From Eledone cirrhosa (lineage: Eukaryota), in assembly GCA_964016885.1 (NCBI GenBank), contig OZ024741.1, positions 197,222,001 to 197,286,000 on the forward strand: DNA of 64,000 bases. Reading direction: 5' to 3'. Below the pieces are notes generated by a model that had not been told where the DNA came from, searched no databases, and worked only from the letters and a program-made list of their open reading frames with translations. Below, in pieces: positions 41,800-54,581 of the stretch (the stretch's first letter is position 1; each line of letters opens with the position of its first letter). Position numbers and translations under genes: made by a program.

Positions 41800-42316
41800 T
41801 TTCCCGCCGAGGTTGACTTTGCCTTTCATCCTTACGGGGTCGATAAAATAAAGTACCAGTAATGCACTGGGTAATTGCTGGCCTTGTGCCTAAAGTAGAA
41901 ACAATTATTATTAAAGATGTTGAAAGGGAGTAGCAGAAATGATAGACCCCCAAAATTGTTGGCGTTGTGCCTTAATCAGAAAGCATAGTTACGTCCCTTT
42001 ACGATCTGAGTTCAATTCCCGCCGAGGTTGACTTTGCCTTTCATCCTTACGGAGTCGATAAAATAAAGTACCAGTAATGCACTGGGTATATGCTGGCCTT
42101 GTGCCTAAAGTAGAAACAATTATTATGGATCGTGGATTGGCAGTATCGGTAGAGGGTCGGACGCCATGCTTTCCAGCATAGTTACGTCCCTTTATGATCT
42201 GAGTTCAAATCCCGCCGAGGTTAACTTTGCCTTTCATCCTTACGGGGTCGATAAAATAAAGTAACAGTAATGCACTGGGTAATTGCTGGACTTGTGTCAA
42301 AAGTAGAAACAATTAT
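41800..42316 (+). mobile_element. Head-to-tail cluster of SINE family A; full copy at 42133-42316
   Basis: A box TGGCAGTATCGG and B box GTTCAAATCC, ending gtagaaacaatt(att)n. Confidence 0.88.
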
Positions 42317-43377
42317 TATGTTTAGTTTCGTTTTATTGGTTCCGGCACTGGGTGGGCATTCTAATTTGTAATAATTCTAAGGTAAAATTTCGAAATAAGC
42401 ATCTCCCCGTAAACCTTTCTAAATCTGAAGGTGCACCATTGAAAAGTAGAAGGGAGAGACAGTGTCATTCAGTGCTCCTCTCCTCCCGGCGACCAGCCCG
42501 TTTGAATTTAGTCAGGGTTAACTTTTTCTTTGAAGCTTTCTTCTGGAAGTAATAAGTACTCGTGTTGATGTAAATGGCTTCATCTTGTCTGAAGAAAAAA
42601 TAACCTTATTTCTAAATAGGTCAGGAATATGTTTTCAGAGAAATATACACTTTTGGCAAATTTCCCTCAACTATATTATTTAACTAGATTTTTATATGAA
42701 AAAAAAAAAAAAAAAAAAAAAAAAAGCTGCAGACAAAGATTCATCGTAGGAACATCCGTAGCTTGTTTATTGTTTTTTCGATTTACGAAGTATGATAAAA
42801 AAACTCATAGCGTGAACAAATCGAATTGTTAGAAGCAAATCATAGTTTATAAACGAATGGTGGTTGTTATCTATCACAAGGTCTTCGAATAAAGTTCTTT
42901 TGCATACTGAAATATTTAGAATTGTAAAATTGATTGAACTTATTGGTTATAACCCAATAACGGAATACAATAAACTTTGAAGCTTTGAACTCTCTACCGG
43001 AATATCTTTCATTGATTTAACAAATATATTTTACGTTAATGTGTTTTTTCATAAGCAGCTTTTGTTTTTGTAAACTACATTCATTTCCTGTCTGCCGTAT
43101 TATTTCTGAAGGTGTTCACTACAGTGCTTTCTTCTTCAAGGTTTTAGTTGTTATCAATATAGGTGAAGTGGAAATGTTATGATTAAAAATTGAAACCCGA
43201 TCGCTAACTTGATTCTCTGAGAGTTTACCTGTCATCCGGGGTAACTCCTTTCCAATTGTGTCTCCTGAGGCCATGGGAAAACATCGGAGGTTCTGTACTT
43301 CAGAGAGGCAGAACGAGCAAGTGAAAACATGTGACAACTTTTTCATTGGCTGGTTCCGGCTGTTAACATCGGCCACA

Positions 43378-43533
<156 letters not shown>

Positions 43534-43934
43534 CATGATGGCTGCAACTAGATTTCGAGTAATGCCATCGCTTGATACATAAGCATGAGCATCACAGACG
43601 TGGCGTTTTAGTCCTGCTAGGGACTTGACCAACAATGCCATGCACCGCAAAAAAATGTCACATCAAGCGATGCCTGTGCTTGAAGCTTTTTTAAGTGAGG
43701 AAAGGGTTTGCATGGGGCCAATCCCATCCACTGAACATCAAATGCATTTGCCCAAATAGAAGAACTGATCTACATCATTGGATGCAAACGAAGTTGCAGG
43801 TTTTATATCAGAGTGACCTTCTAGAGAGATGTCTTAATAAAGACTAGGAGTCCCCCCCCCCAATACATACTAACATTAATTTCTCACTAAATAGGAAGAT
43901 AACGCGATTGTGTAAGTCAACTTATATATATATA

Positions 43935-45065
43935 TGATTGGCAGCAGTACCCGGCGTTGCACGGGGTAGGAAACGTGAAACAGCAACACGCATATGCAAA
44001 CATTGAGGAATGTAGCTGTGTACTTTTTGACTTCCCTTATTCTCAGGGAATGATTATTCATCTACTGGAAACGTAGAACACCAGCAGGCCGAATCCAGTA
44101 GCAGCAGTGTCAGTGGGCTGATTGCGGAAATCCTGTATGCGAAAGGAGTAAGTGTTGTGGGGCGATGTATGTGGTAGGTCTGTTCACGAATTACGTCACG
44201 GATGGGGAACACACATCAGTCTGAAGGAGTGACGTAGTCAATTGTGTGAAAACCAAGTAGGGATGTACGTTTAAGTAGGGATATTGAGATGGCGAAATCA
44301 GCGTGGCACCGCAGCTGCAACAGAAGGGGGTCATAGTGCAATTAGCACAAACGCTGGGCGGCACTGGTTGCACTGCGTTTACACAGCAACAAAGGTGCGA
44401 CAAAAGGGGTCACCGCGGAATTAGCTCAACCGCTGTTCGGCGTACTTGCGCTGGGCGTTGATACTGCGGTGCAGGTGCAGCGAAAGGGGTCTTAGTAGAA
44501 GTAGCACAGACGTGAGTTTTACAATGTCAATAACACGGCAAGGTACACAGGTCCCGGATTTGCGCGTGATGAAAGCACGAAGCGTCAGCAGGGCGCCGAC
44601 AAAAATTTTAAGGTCCTCCTCATTTCCTCAATCCCCCGAAAATGGTCCTGCTTAAAAGTAAGTGTTGTGTCCTCTGTTAAATAAACCAAATTTTTAACGA
44701 AATATTATACGCTACTTACGATGCTTAGGTAGCGTTTATATTGAAAATGAAAATGGCATGTAATACCCACTGCTAATCCGTAAATTTCCTAGAAACCATT
44801 AATGGAATCGGAAATTGCTTTTGTCCACAGCAATGCGAGGGGATTAACTAATGTGTGCAGCAAATTTTAAGGAAATCGGCTGGATTATCTTTAACTTACG
44901 CCTCAAAAATGCCTAAAAATACCTAAAAAATGCCTAATGTGGACAGAAAAAGTTAAAATTTCTTTAGCCCATTGCACTTCAAGAAATATAAGTAACGCAT
45001 GTGTAAAGTTTGAAAAAAACCGGTCGGGTACTTCTCAAGTTTTAGGGATTTACACAGACAGACAC

Positions 45066-45100
<35 letters not shown>

Positions 45101-45123
45101 TCCCCTGTTTTATATATATAAAT
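43935..45123. mobile_element. Helentron/DINE-1-like non-autonomous element
   Basis: Terminal hairpin gcagtacccggcgttgcacggg at one end and (CAGA)n followed by ttttatatata at the other. Confidence 0.65.
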
Positions 45124-45339
45124 GAACTCTCCCGTCGATTTCGACGTATGAGGATCCAAACAACCTATTCAGTTTATTCAGTTTGGGTGTTTATGTCGGG
45201 TAGATATTTTAGTACTGTCAATGACTTGCAAGCAAGTCCACATATTCCCTGGACAATGTTGCTGGTGTGTTTAATAATATTTTTGTCCTCCTCTTGCTTC
45301 TTGTAAAATTGTAAAATTGGATTAAAATAAGATTTATTT

Positions 45340-45600
45340 CAATCATATTGTTATACTTTGGGAGGGTCATGTTGCCAATAAGAAACACACGCACCAGTTG
45401 CTTTCACTTCAATTTATTATAATAAATTTATAATAAATTTATAAATTTATAAATTTCTGGTTGGTTGGTTGGTTCCACAACCAGATAGTTGTTTATATAT
45501 TGTCATAGTTCTTTCGTCACACACTCTGTGACCTCTTCAGTGACTGGGGATTCCTTTCTTTGTTTCTGTGCCTCTCCTTTGTTCTGTCCTACGCCATTTT
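45340..45600 (-). mobile_element. Solo PLE pLTR fragment (same family as 18280-21000)
   Basis: tgggagggtcatgt...tttcacttc shared with 18300-18370, plus an HHR. Confidence 0.7.
45502..45544 (-). ncRNA. Minimal type I hammerhead ribozyme, intact core
   Basis: Reverse complement reads gtca CTGAAGA g gtcaca-gagtg-tgtgac GAAA gaac TA tgac. Confidence 0.7.
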
Positions 45601-45928
45601 GTTTCAATCATATTATACCATAAAACAGTTCAAATATGCTTTATACAGGCTAAACCCGTATTTTGCAGAACATTATATTTCAAAGTATTATTCAGGTACA
45701 ATACATAAGTATATTACAATTAATATTGCTTTCTTTATTTATTTTTAATGCTTTTTTTCATTTATATTACAATTAATATTAAGAACATAGGAAGCAAAAC
45801 ATAATTTCGTCTGCATAATTGTCCATACTGCGGTTTCTCCATGATTACAACACTATCCAATTAACACACACACACACACACACATACACACACAGAGACA
45901 CACACACATATATATATGTTGAGAGAGT

Positions 45929-45978
<50 letters not shown>

Positions 45979-46134
45979 GAGAATCAATTCCAGTACTTTT
46001 TTTTATCGATCGCGAAAGGATGAAAGTTAATGTTCGCCTCGTCAAGATTTGAACTAAGAACGCAGAGTGCCAATTTTTTGTATTTTGGTACTCGCAGTAA
46101 CAACAAAAACAATAACAACAATACCAGCAACGGC

Positions 46135-46188
<54 letters not shown>

Positions 46189-46472
46189 GAGAAAGAGAGA
46201 GAGAGTGTTGTCACGCTGGCAAGTAAACAGGTAGTTAATCAAAGAAAGGGCGCGATGCGTTACAGTAATAATTGTTTCTACTTTAGGCACAAGGCCAGCA
46301 ATTACCCAGTGCATTACTGGTACTTTATTTTATCGACCCCGTAAGGATGCAGTAATAATAAGTAGCAAACTTTCACACGAAAAGATAAAAAGTAAAACGA
46401 AACACGTGGGATACTTTATTAAGAACAAGCTAGAGTCTTGTTATTCTGGAGTTCCTTTTGTGTACTCACAGG

Positions 46473-47110
46473 ATCATCATCATCTTCTTCTTCTTCTTCT
46501 TCTTCTTCTTCTTCTTCTTCTTCTTCTTCTTCTTCTTCTTCTTCTTCTTCTTCTTCGTGAGAGGGACGTGGGTGCAGAGTCCTCAAACAATAGAGAGACC
46601 ATTACTAGAACACAAGTCTAATAAGGCCCCACCATTCATATTTAGATCGGGGTCGCCATTTCTTCCAATCACTCATTTCCATGCCATGCGGTCAGTGTCA
46701 ATATGTGCATTGATGTCTCCCATTAGGGTATATGACTCTTAACAACATCTAACGCTGCGGCGAATTCATCAAGGAACGATCTTTGAAGCATTAACTTGCA
46801 CCACCCACAGCCTAAGCTTGAAGAGGAAAATCCTCCCTCCTAATAGGATCCTGCCCATAACACATTCTGACAGTCGGGGGTTTGTGAGTATCCCATTCCC
46901 ACATGTTCTGTCAATCCTGGTACTACACGTAAATAGTGGAGTTTCCATTCTCCATCCAAATCTACCGTGCCAGAGGAAACCCCGATTGTATCTAGTTCCG
47001 GCTCCTTATCTATAAGGGTTGTGATGTGCGGTTTGCTCCCTTCGAACCCTCTTTGGGGTTTCGGGATACGCAATCTTAGTGCGTCTTCCCACGCCTTCTA
47101 GGACTGGTCG
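46473..47110 (-). mobile_element. Internally deleted RTE LINE (APE fragment joined to a 3' end with (GAA)n tail)
   Basis: Reverse complement encodes LMGDINAHI...VIGRNGDPDLNMNG..LLDLCSSNGLSI, followed directly by a long (GAA)n tract. Confidence 0.75.
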
Positions 47111-47442
47111 CTTGTCCACCGCCACTTTCTACAGCAGAAGATGAAATTGTATGCCTCGCAGTTTGTAATAAAATTTCATCACGGGACCAAGCTCATCTAA
47201 TGAACCTAGCTTACCAATGATATAAAAATAGTAAAACACGTTTAAATGAGAGTATAGCCAAAACTTCAATCATCACGAACATCGTTTGTGCGTATTAGTC
47301 GATGTCAAAACATAAGTTAGGTAGTGTAGGATATTGCGGTAATCTAACGCGCGTTTACTGGTTGAAAAGCAGCCATGCTCAGCAAGTTATCTATGTAGGC
47401 AAACGCATATATATGGTAAAGAACACATACATATCTATGCGC

Positions 47443-47543
<101 letters not shown>

Positions 47544-47761
47544 AAAGAAATGATCGACATTCGTCAAATCGGACCGAGGAAACAATGTTTCCATTGGTCT
47601 TTCCAATTGCTAATACTATCTATCGGTCACAACTCCTGGTAGAAGGAGCAAGGTGAAATAAAGTGTCTTGCTCAAGGACATAACGCATCACCCGGTCCGG
47701 GAATCGAACTCACAACCTCACGATTACGAATCCAATTCTCTAACCGCTCAGCCGCACGCCT

Positions 47762-47867
<106 letters not shown>

Positions 47868-48338
47868 CGTGTTCGTTAATCACGGACACGATTATATGCA
47901 GGATAGAGCATTCCACGAAGTACACAAGTGCGCCTGTTTACTCCGGAGTATAATTAAAATCATGAAGTGCTAGTCAACAGGTTAGAATTTACTTCATAAT
48001 CGCTGTTATATATATTTCGGTGATAACTATTATCACCTCACCAGGGAGCTAGAAATTGAACAGAAAAAAACTGAAAAACAAGAAGAAATAACAATTAATC
48101 TTGTTGTTTCGATTCATTGATAATCTCCGGTCTGATATCTGGTGTTGCCTTCTTAAAGAAACTGAATCAATCTTTCCCTAGAACCTTATATATATACATA
48201 TATATATATGGTAATAATAATAATAATAGTAATAATAATAAATTTGAAGACTAAAATCCAAATAGGGCTCGATAAGGATGAATATATATCAAATATATAA
48301 AAACCGTAGAGCAAATATTTATTAAAATAACAGATTAA

Positions 48339-48389
48339 AGTTTAAGCAAAGAATCGCTGCTTTCACCCTTAACGGGATCTTCTGAAACT
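48339..48389 (-). ncRNA. Hammerhead-like motif with CAGAAGA core
   Basis: Reverse complement reads agttt CAGAAGA t-ccc-gttaa-ggg-t GAAA gca...tgc TT aaact. Confidence 0.6.
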
Positions 48390-49992
48390 AACAAAGTCAA
48401 TCTGTAAACGCAGAAGTGGATATTTCAAAAAACGTTGCAACCGGAGGAAGACAGGAAGACGATACTTTGGTTCGTGGAAACGTTCCCTGGCAAAGAACGG
48501 GAAAAACGAATATAATACGTCATTAATAGGAGCGGTGAAAAACAATTACGCGCAAAGACAGAACCACGTTTATGGTATAAAAGAAGTCATAGACTAATGT
48601 TCTCTTAGGTGGTTCATACAGACGTTCTCTGGCAATGGAAAAAACGGAAAAAACGAAGATAATACGTCATATGTGGAACGTGGAGAACAATTGCACGCAA
48701 AGACAAAACCACGTAAATGGTATAGCAGAAGACGTAGACTAAAATTCTAACTAGGAAACCGAATGAATCTCCGCTTCAGATGTGGTTCTGTCTTTGCGCG
48801 TAATCCTTAACGGGATCTTCTGAAACTAAAAAAATCAATCTGTGAACGCAGAAGTAAATATATCGAAAAACGTTGCAACCGAAGGAAAACAGGAAGACGA
48901 TACTTTGGTTCGTGAAGACGTTCCCTGGCAATGAACGGAAAAAAGCGAAGATAATACGTCGTTATGTGGAGCGCTGAGAACAAATACACGCCAAGACAAA
49001 ATCACGTTTATGGTATAAATGGAGTCATTAGACTAATATTCTATTTAGGAAACCGAATGATTCTCAGCTTCGAAGTTAAGAATAATGTAAAAAAATTAGT
49101 TGAGAGTGTGACAAGCGACATACGCACATATACAGAGAGAAAGAGACGCGCCCACGTGAAACAAGATTAATTTGAAATTGAGAAGTGCCGTTTATCAATC
49201 TCCTTGATGATACCTGTGAATGAAACAGCTCTTTTCCCGTAGAGGTCATTTCTGTACAAAATAAATATATAAATAAAGCGTTCTTTCGTGTTGGTGTCTC
49301 CCACGCCATCTATTGTACGACAAATACTTACTGTAGTGGCAGTTCCATTACAGTAAGCAATAACAAGGGAAATAAATAATTTTCTATAGATAATATAAAC
49401 AGCCACAAGGATATGGTCCGAACGTGGAAGAGCCGAACACCCACTGTCATCACCTCCATCCCTGTCGCCCTCCCCACCTCTCTGTATGGTGAGCAAATGG
49501 GGTCCCACGTGCTGGCCTCCCCACAACCACGGCGGACAGAATGGAGAAGGCGTTTCCCAGGAGGATGATGTACATAACTGTTTCTGTAGGCAAACGGAGT
49601 GTGGGAGATACTATCCTTGCTAAAATCCTTGGGATGGTCAGTAGACTAAGGTATCAGATTACCAAGTATGTCAGTCGTTTCGGTTTACATAGGTTAAGGA
49701 ATTAGTCTGAATAATTTATTTATTTATTTTAGTTGCTGGCGTTGTATTCATATTCAATGGAGCTTGTCAAGTTTCTCGGTGGTGTATGTTGGGCTGAGTG
49801 TATTGTCGATAGGTGGGGTATATAGGGATTTAGGTGATCGTGTTCTATGTTTAATAACAGATGTGTGAATCCGTACATTCTCGCACACGCATACACGCAC
49901 ATGTACACGCATCCATACATAGACACACACAGAGCCGTAGGCAACACGGGCGAGTATTCGTATATGCATGGGTATACACCACAAGAATTATT

Positions 49993-50043
49993 AGTTTCAG
50001 AAGATTCCGTTAAGGGTGAAAGCAGAGATTCTTTGCTTAAACT
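49993..50043 (+). ncRNA. Hammerhead-like motif with CAGAAGA core (inverted partner of 48339)
   Basis: agttt CAGAAGA t-tcc-gttaa-ggg-t GAAA gcagag-att-ctttgc TT aaact. Confidence 0.6.
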
Positions 50044-50077
50044 TTAATCTGTTATTTTAATATATATATATATATAG

Positions 50078-50275
50078 AAATGGTTACTCAACAGTTAGTT
50101 CACCATACCGAGAACAATTGTTTCAGCTTAGCGGATCCTCAGCTCGTAGTCCGCTAAGGTGAAACAATTGTTCTCGGTATGGTGAACTAACTGATATGTT
50201 ACCACTTCTACCTAACTCGTCCCATGGACTGAGTGCTCTACCTCTACGGATATTACCTTCCAGTGTTCTACCACT
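50078..50275. mobile_element. Fold-back HHR mini-element in (TA)n (shorter relative of 55340-55602)
   Basis: ~44-bp inverted arms at ~50091-50135 and 50150-50193, with a minus-strand HHR motif at 50109-50146. Confidence 0.75.
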
Positions 50276-50396
50276 ATATATATATATATCCGAAATAAAT
50301 TAAATTAAATTAAATTAAAGGAATCATGTCCGAGACATGCGCCATATCCACTGTAGAATAAGCTCAACGATTCCACTGAATAGATCCGAGCATTTT

Positions 50397-51000
50397 ATAT
50401 CAACTAGAAATTGATTGACATATATATATATATATTTAAAATAAACACATGAAACAATCACAGGGGATAATTTGTAAAGTGTGTAATCACACACAGCTAG
50501 GTAGGTAACTAATTAAAGTTTAACTAGATCTTCAAATATTACCTTTTAAAAAATGATTAATCCTCCTTGTATATATTTCATTAAAGAAATATATTTCACT
50601 AAAAATCTGTAAAGTCACAGTAGTTATATCTTAGATCATCAGCAAGGAGGAAGAAATAACTGTCTGTGTTTACACATCAAATGCAAATCTGCGAGTGAAC
50701 CTTCGCACGTGCTGCAATTCTAAAACTACTAACAACATGCTAGCGTCCTCCCATTGGCGTGAATGGGGTGGTCGACAGCTATAAATAGCAGCCAAGTCCT
50801 TTCAACCGATTTAGCTCTACAGATAAGGAGCCGTTAAAAGGTAATAAGGAGCCCTTTAAAAGGTAATATTTGAAGATCTAGTTAAACTTTAATTAGTTAT
50901 CTACCTAGCTGTGTATGATTACACACTTTACAAATTATCCCCTGTGATTGTTTCATGTGTTTATTTTAAATATATATATATATGTCAATCAATTTCTAGT

Positions 51001-51005
<5 letters not shown>
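50397..51005. mobile_element. Fold-back mini-element with ~150-bp inverted arms enclosing an HHR
   Basis: 50397-50548 is inverted relative to 50855-51005, with a long (TA)n tract on the right. Confidence 0.8.
50561..50651 (-). ncRNA. Full type I hammerhead ribozyme, canonical core
   Basis: Reverse complement reads tcctccttg CTGATGA [stem II] GAAA tatatttc-tttaat-gaaatata TA caaggagga, with a perfect 9-bp stem I and 8-bp stem III. Confidence 0.88.
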
Positions 51006-51080
<75 letters not shown>

Positions 51081-51145
51081 CATTATAAAGAAAGAAGAAA
51101 CATTAGACATAAACAAAAAAATATATATACCCAATATTCTTCAAC

Positions 51146-51239
51146 ATCCTCGACTGCGTAGTTTCGTGGCTACTATGCAAAAACATTACACCATAGAGAT
51201 GCAGTATTTTTGTGAGGTTTGCCAACTTATCAAGAGAAT
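51146..51239 (-). ncRNA. Hammerhead ribozyme, U3-A8 variant
   Basis: Reverse complement reads attctc TTGATAA gttggc...gccac GAAA ctacgcag TC gaggat. Confidence 0.75.
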
Positions 51240-51435
51240 ACCTCATTAAAGTTTCAAAACACGTCCGCAAGGCGTGATAGAGAATCCCGGAAAGGCCATT
51301 TGTAGTATTTTTCTCTTGGTTGTAAGAGGCTTAACTCTGTTCCTTGACCGCTGTATCACGTGATAAGTTCCCCCTCCGTCTTTCCGGGATTCTCTCTCAC
51401 GCCTTGCAGACGTGTTTTGAAACTTTAATGAGGTA

Positions 51436-51526
51436 TTCTCTTGATAAGTTGGCAAACCTCACAAAAATACTGCATCTCTATGATGTAATGTTTTTGCATA
51501 GTAGCCACGAAACTGCGCAGTCGAGG
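51436..51526 (+). ncRNA. Hammerhead ribozyme, U3-A8 variant
   Basis: ctc TTGATAA gttggc...gccac GAAA ctgcgcag TC gag, with a palindromic stem III. Confidence 0.8.
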
Positions 51527-51759
51527 TTGTTGAAGAATATTGGGTATATATATATTTTTTATTTATGTCTAATGTTTCTTCTTTCTTTATAATGTATTAT
51601 ATAGCTCTGATATTGAGTCAATCTAATTCATTCAGATTATTTTGTCCCTATTAATCATAGAGCAACAACGGTTAAGGTTGGCACCACGCAAATTTAGGGA
51701 TATATGTGTGTATATGCATGTATATGTATGTATTCGCATGTATCTATGTATTTCTTTTT

Positions 51760-51804
<45 letters not shown>

Positions 51805-51857
51805 CACAGAATATACAGATATACAAAAATAATGTATGTGTATGCATGTGTATATAA

Positions 51858-52075
51858 TAATGGTTTCTTATATAGGCACAAGGCAAGCAATTTTTGGGGA
51901 GGGGAAAGTCGATTAAATCGACCCCAGTGCGTGACTGGTACTTTATTTTATCGACCCCGAAAGGATGAAAGTCAAAATTAACCTCTGCGAGATTTGAACT
52001 CAGATCATAAAGGGCCGTAACTTTATGCTTCAAAGCATTGCGTCCGACCCTCTACCGATACCGACATTCCACCGC
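51858..52075 (-). mobile_element. SINE family A copy (further partial copies at ~45985, 46268, 59320, 59915 and 62532)
   Basis: Same core sequence as the other family A copies. Confidence 0.8.
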
Positions 52076-52519
52076 CCGCATGTGTATATAATAATCTGAG
52101 ACATCCACTAGTGTCGGTTATATTAAGTAATGTGTCGGAGATTTGTATGGCCCATTGTTGCGTACATAATGTAAGCATATTAGAGCCGGTAGGTTGCGAA
52201 CTGTGCCTACACATTGTATATGAATTGGTTTTAGGTATCCGCCGGCCCTGATATTTGCCACCAGAATTTTATCAAGGATAGTATCTCTTACCCCCTGCCT
52301 ACAGAAACAGTCATGTATATGTTTACTGCTACCACCACGTTCCTAATTGCAGTACCATATTAAAAAAAAAGCAAAACAAATAACGTTACAACTTAACACC
52401 TGTCTGATGAAAACACGCCAAAGTGTTATTGTGCAATCACTTTGATGTCTTTAAAATACGCATAACGGGATTGTATAATAAATAAAGTATGTACCTTTAA
52501 AGCATTCTCTCTTTATAAT

Positions 52520-53995
52520 ACTACTGCGTAGCGCCAAAGCTCTCGGTCCAGTGACATTGTCTTAGAGAGGTGCAAGTGTGTAAGGTCGGAATTTATCAGA
52601 TCATCCCAGGTTTTTCTGGGTTTACCTACTCCGTAACTACCATCAATTTTGATCGCCCTGCACTTTTTTTTATACAGCTGTCATCTTTCATGCGCATCAC
52701 GTGGCCATACCAATGTAGTCTTCTTTCAAGTAAACAGCATCTGATCTCTCTTATTCCTAATTTCTCACTTAGTTCATTTATGCTTTGCCGTTCACGTATA
52801 TTACTATTACACATCCAACGGAGCATGCATGCTTCGTTCCTTTCCAGTCTGCGTAGGTCCTCTGCACGTAATGCCCATGTCTCACTGTCATGTAGCATTG
52901 GTGTTCGTATACAGGCATCATACAATCTGCCTTTCATTTTTAGAGAGAAACCTTTTGTGGCCAACAGCGGTATAAGTCTCTGAACCTTTTCCATCCCGTT
53001 CTAACTCTGGCTACTGTACTTTCAGAACACCCTCCACCACTGCTGATTTCGTCACCCAGGTAACGGAAATTGTCCACTATTTCTATAGAACCATCTAGGC
53101 AATAGAAAGAGCTAGTATCCTGTGGACACTTGCTACTTATTGCACCTGAGCATCGGCCACATATAAAGTCTACGTTCTTAGATAGTTTACCTGTGATCCT
53201 ACTACATCTTTTATGTACCCATACTTTGCATTTGGGACATAAAATGGAATTTCTGCCTACTCCTTTCTTACACACTGAGCATGGCCATTTCCCTGAGGGC
53301 ACCTGTGCCCTATTTTCCTTTCTACAAACTAGAACTTTAGTCTTAGAGAAGTTAACTTTAAAGCCTTTTGATTCTAGGCCATGCTTCCATGTTTCGAATT
53401 TCTTCTCTAGTTCAGCCATTGATTCAGCTATGAGCGTTAGATCATCTGCGTATAAGAGTTCCCATGGGCAGCCGGTCTTGAACTCCTCTGTTATAGCCTG
53501 AAGGGCAATAATAAATAGGAGGGGGATAAGGACAGAGCCTTGATGAACACCAACTTTTACACTAAATTCTTCACAATATTCATTGTTAATTCTAACCTTA
53601 CTGACTGTTTCTTTATACATAGCTTGTATAGCTCTCACAAGCCATTCATCTACACCTATTTTTCTAAGAGCCCACCAGATAATGGAGTGGGGGACTCTGT
53701 CAAAGGCTTTCTCCAGGTCTACAAAAGCTAAGTAGAAGGGTTTACTTTTAGCTAGGTACTTTTGTAGTAGTTATCGTACAAGGAAAAGAGCGTCTGTGGT
53801 ACTTTTACCTGACACAAACCCAAACTGCATTTCATCTAGATCAATTCGCTCTCTGATTAGTTGCGCTATAACTCTTTCTGTGACCTTCATGACTTGGTTA
53901 ACTAACTTAATGCCTGTATAGTTTCCCCTATCTAGAGCATCCCCTTTATCCTTGTAGCAGTTAATGATGATGCTGCTACGCCAGTCTTTTGGTAG
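52520..53995 (-). mobile_element. RTE-clade LINE fragment with RT and PHD-like Cys cluster
   Basis: GVHQGSVL, LLYADDL, WPCSVC...CPKC..WVHKRC...CGRC, FRYLG and RRLHWYGHV motifs. Confidence 0.92.
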
Positions 53996-54581
53996 TGGTT
54001 TTCTTGTTTTTTGAAGTTTGTGTTTCAGATAGTTAGGTTATTAGCGTCACAGAATTCCAGGAAAGAATGAAAATAACATGTGCGTGCTAATCTATTAAGA
54101 ATTGCATTTGTAATTTACTTATCACAGTTTGTATTGACATTTATGAGTGAAAGAAATTAGGTTGGAGATAGTTGGTCCTTAAGAAAACCAAAGTATAAAC
54201 AAAGGACAGAGGATGAAACCTGGAGAGTAAAAATGTGGGACGGTGTAGATACCGAAGATTGAAATCAGCCAACGTATAATATCTCGCTAAATAGTTAGTG
54301 GTTAGAGACGTAGAGTAGAACTAAGGAAGTGAGAAAAGGGGGAAATCCAAAGCAAAGTAAGGCGTGGGCCCAGCCGCCAAGTTAGTGTGGTTCTAGGATA
54401 CGTTTAGATGATAATATAGACAAGAAAGGAAGAGATAGTAGCAATAGGCGAGGTCGGTATATTTGGGACTCAGTGTGGTAGAGTTGCTATCCATATAGCT
54501 TGAGGAAAGTTCCCATTCTTAGGTGACGACATGCACAAAAGAAATCTACCCTACGGTTGATTATTTTTATTCCACCCCTTA

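Larger units (their letters stand above)
48260..50062 (-). mobile_element. PLE relic with tandem and inverted pLTRs
   Basis: Direct repeat 48367-48780/48806-49075 and inverted repeat 48320-48392/49990-50062, with (TA)n nearby on both sides. Confidence 0.7.
51076..51600. mobile_element. Fold-back mini-element with ~220-bp arms, each carrying an HHR
   Basis: 51076-51295 is inverted relative to 51380-51600, next to a long (TA)n tract. Confidence 0.85.

Noticed and set aside
42133-42215. tRNA gene
   Set aside because: The A and B boxes belong to a SINE head; no complete cloverleaf.
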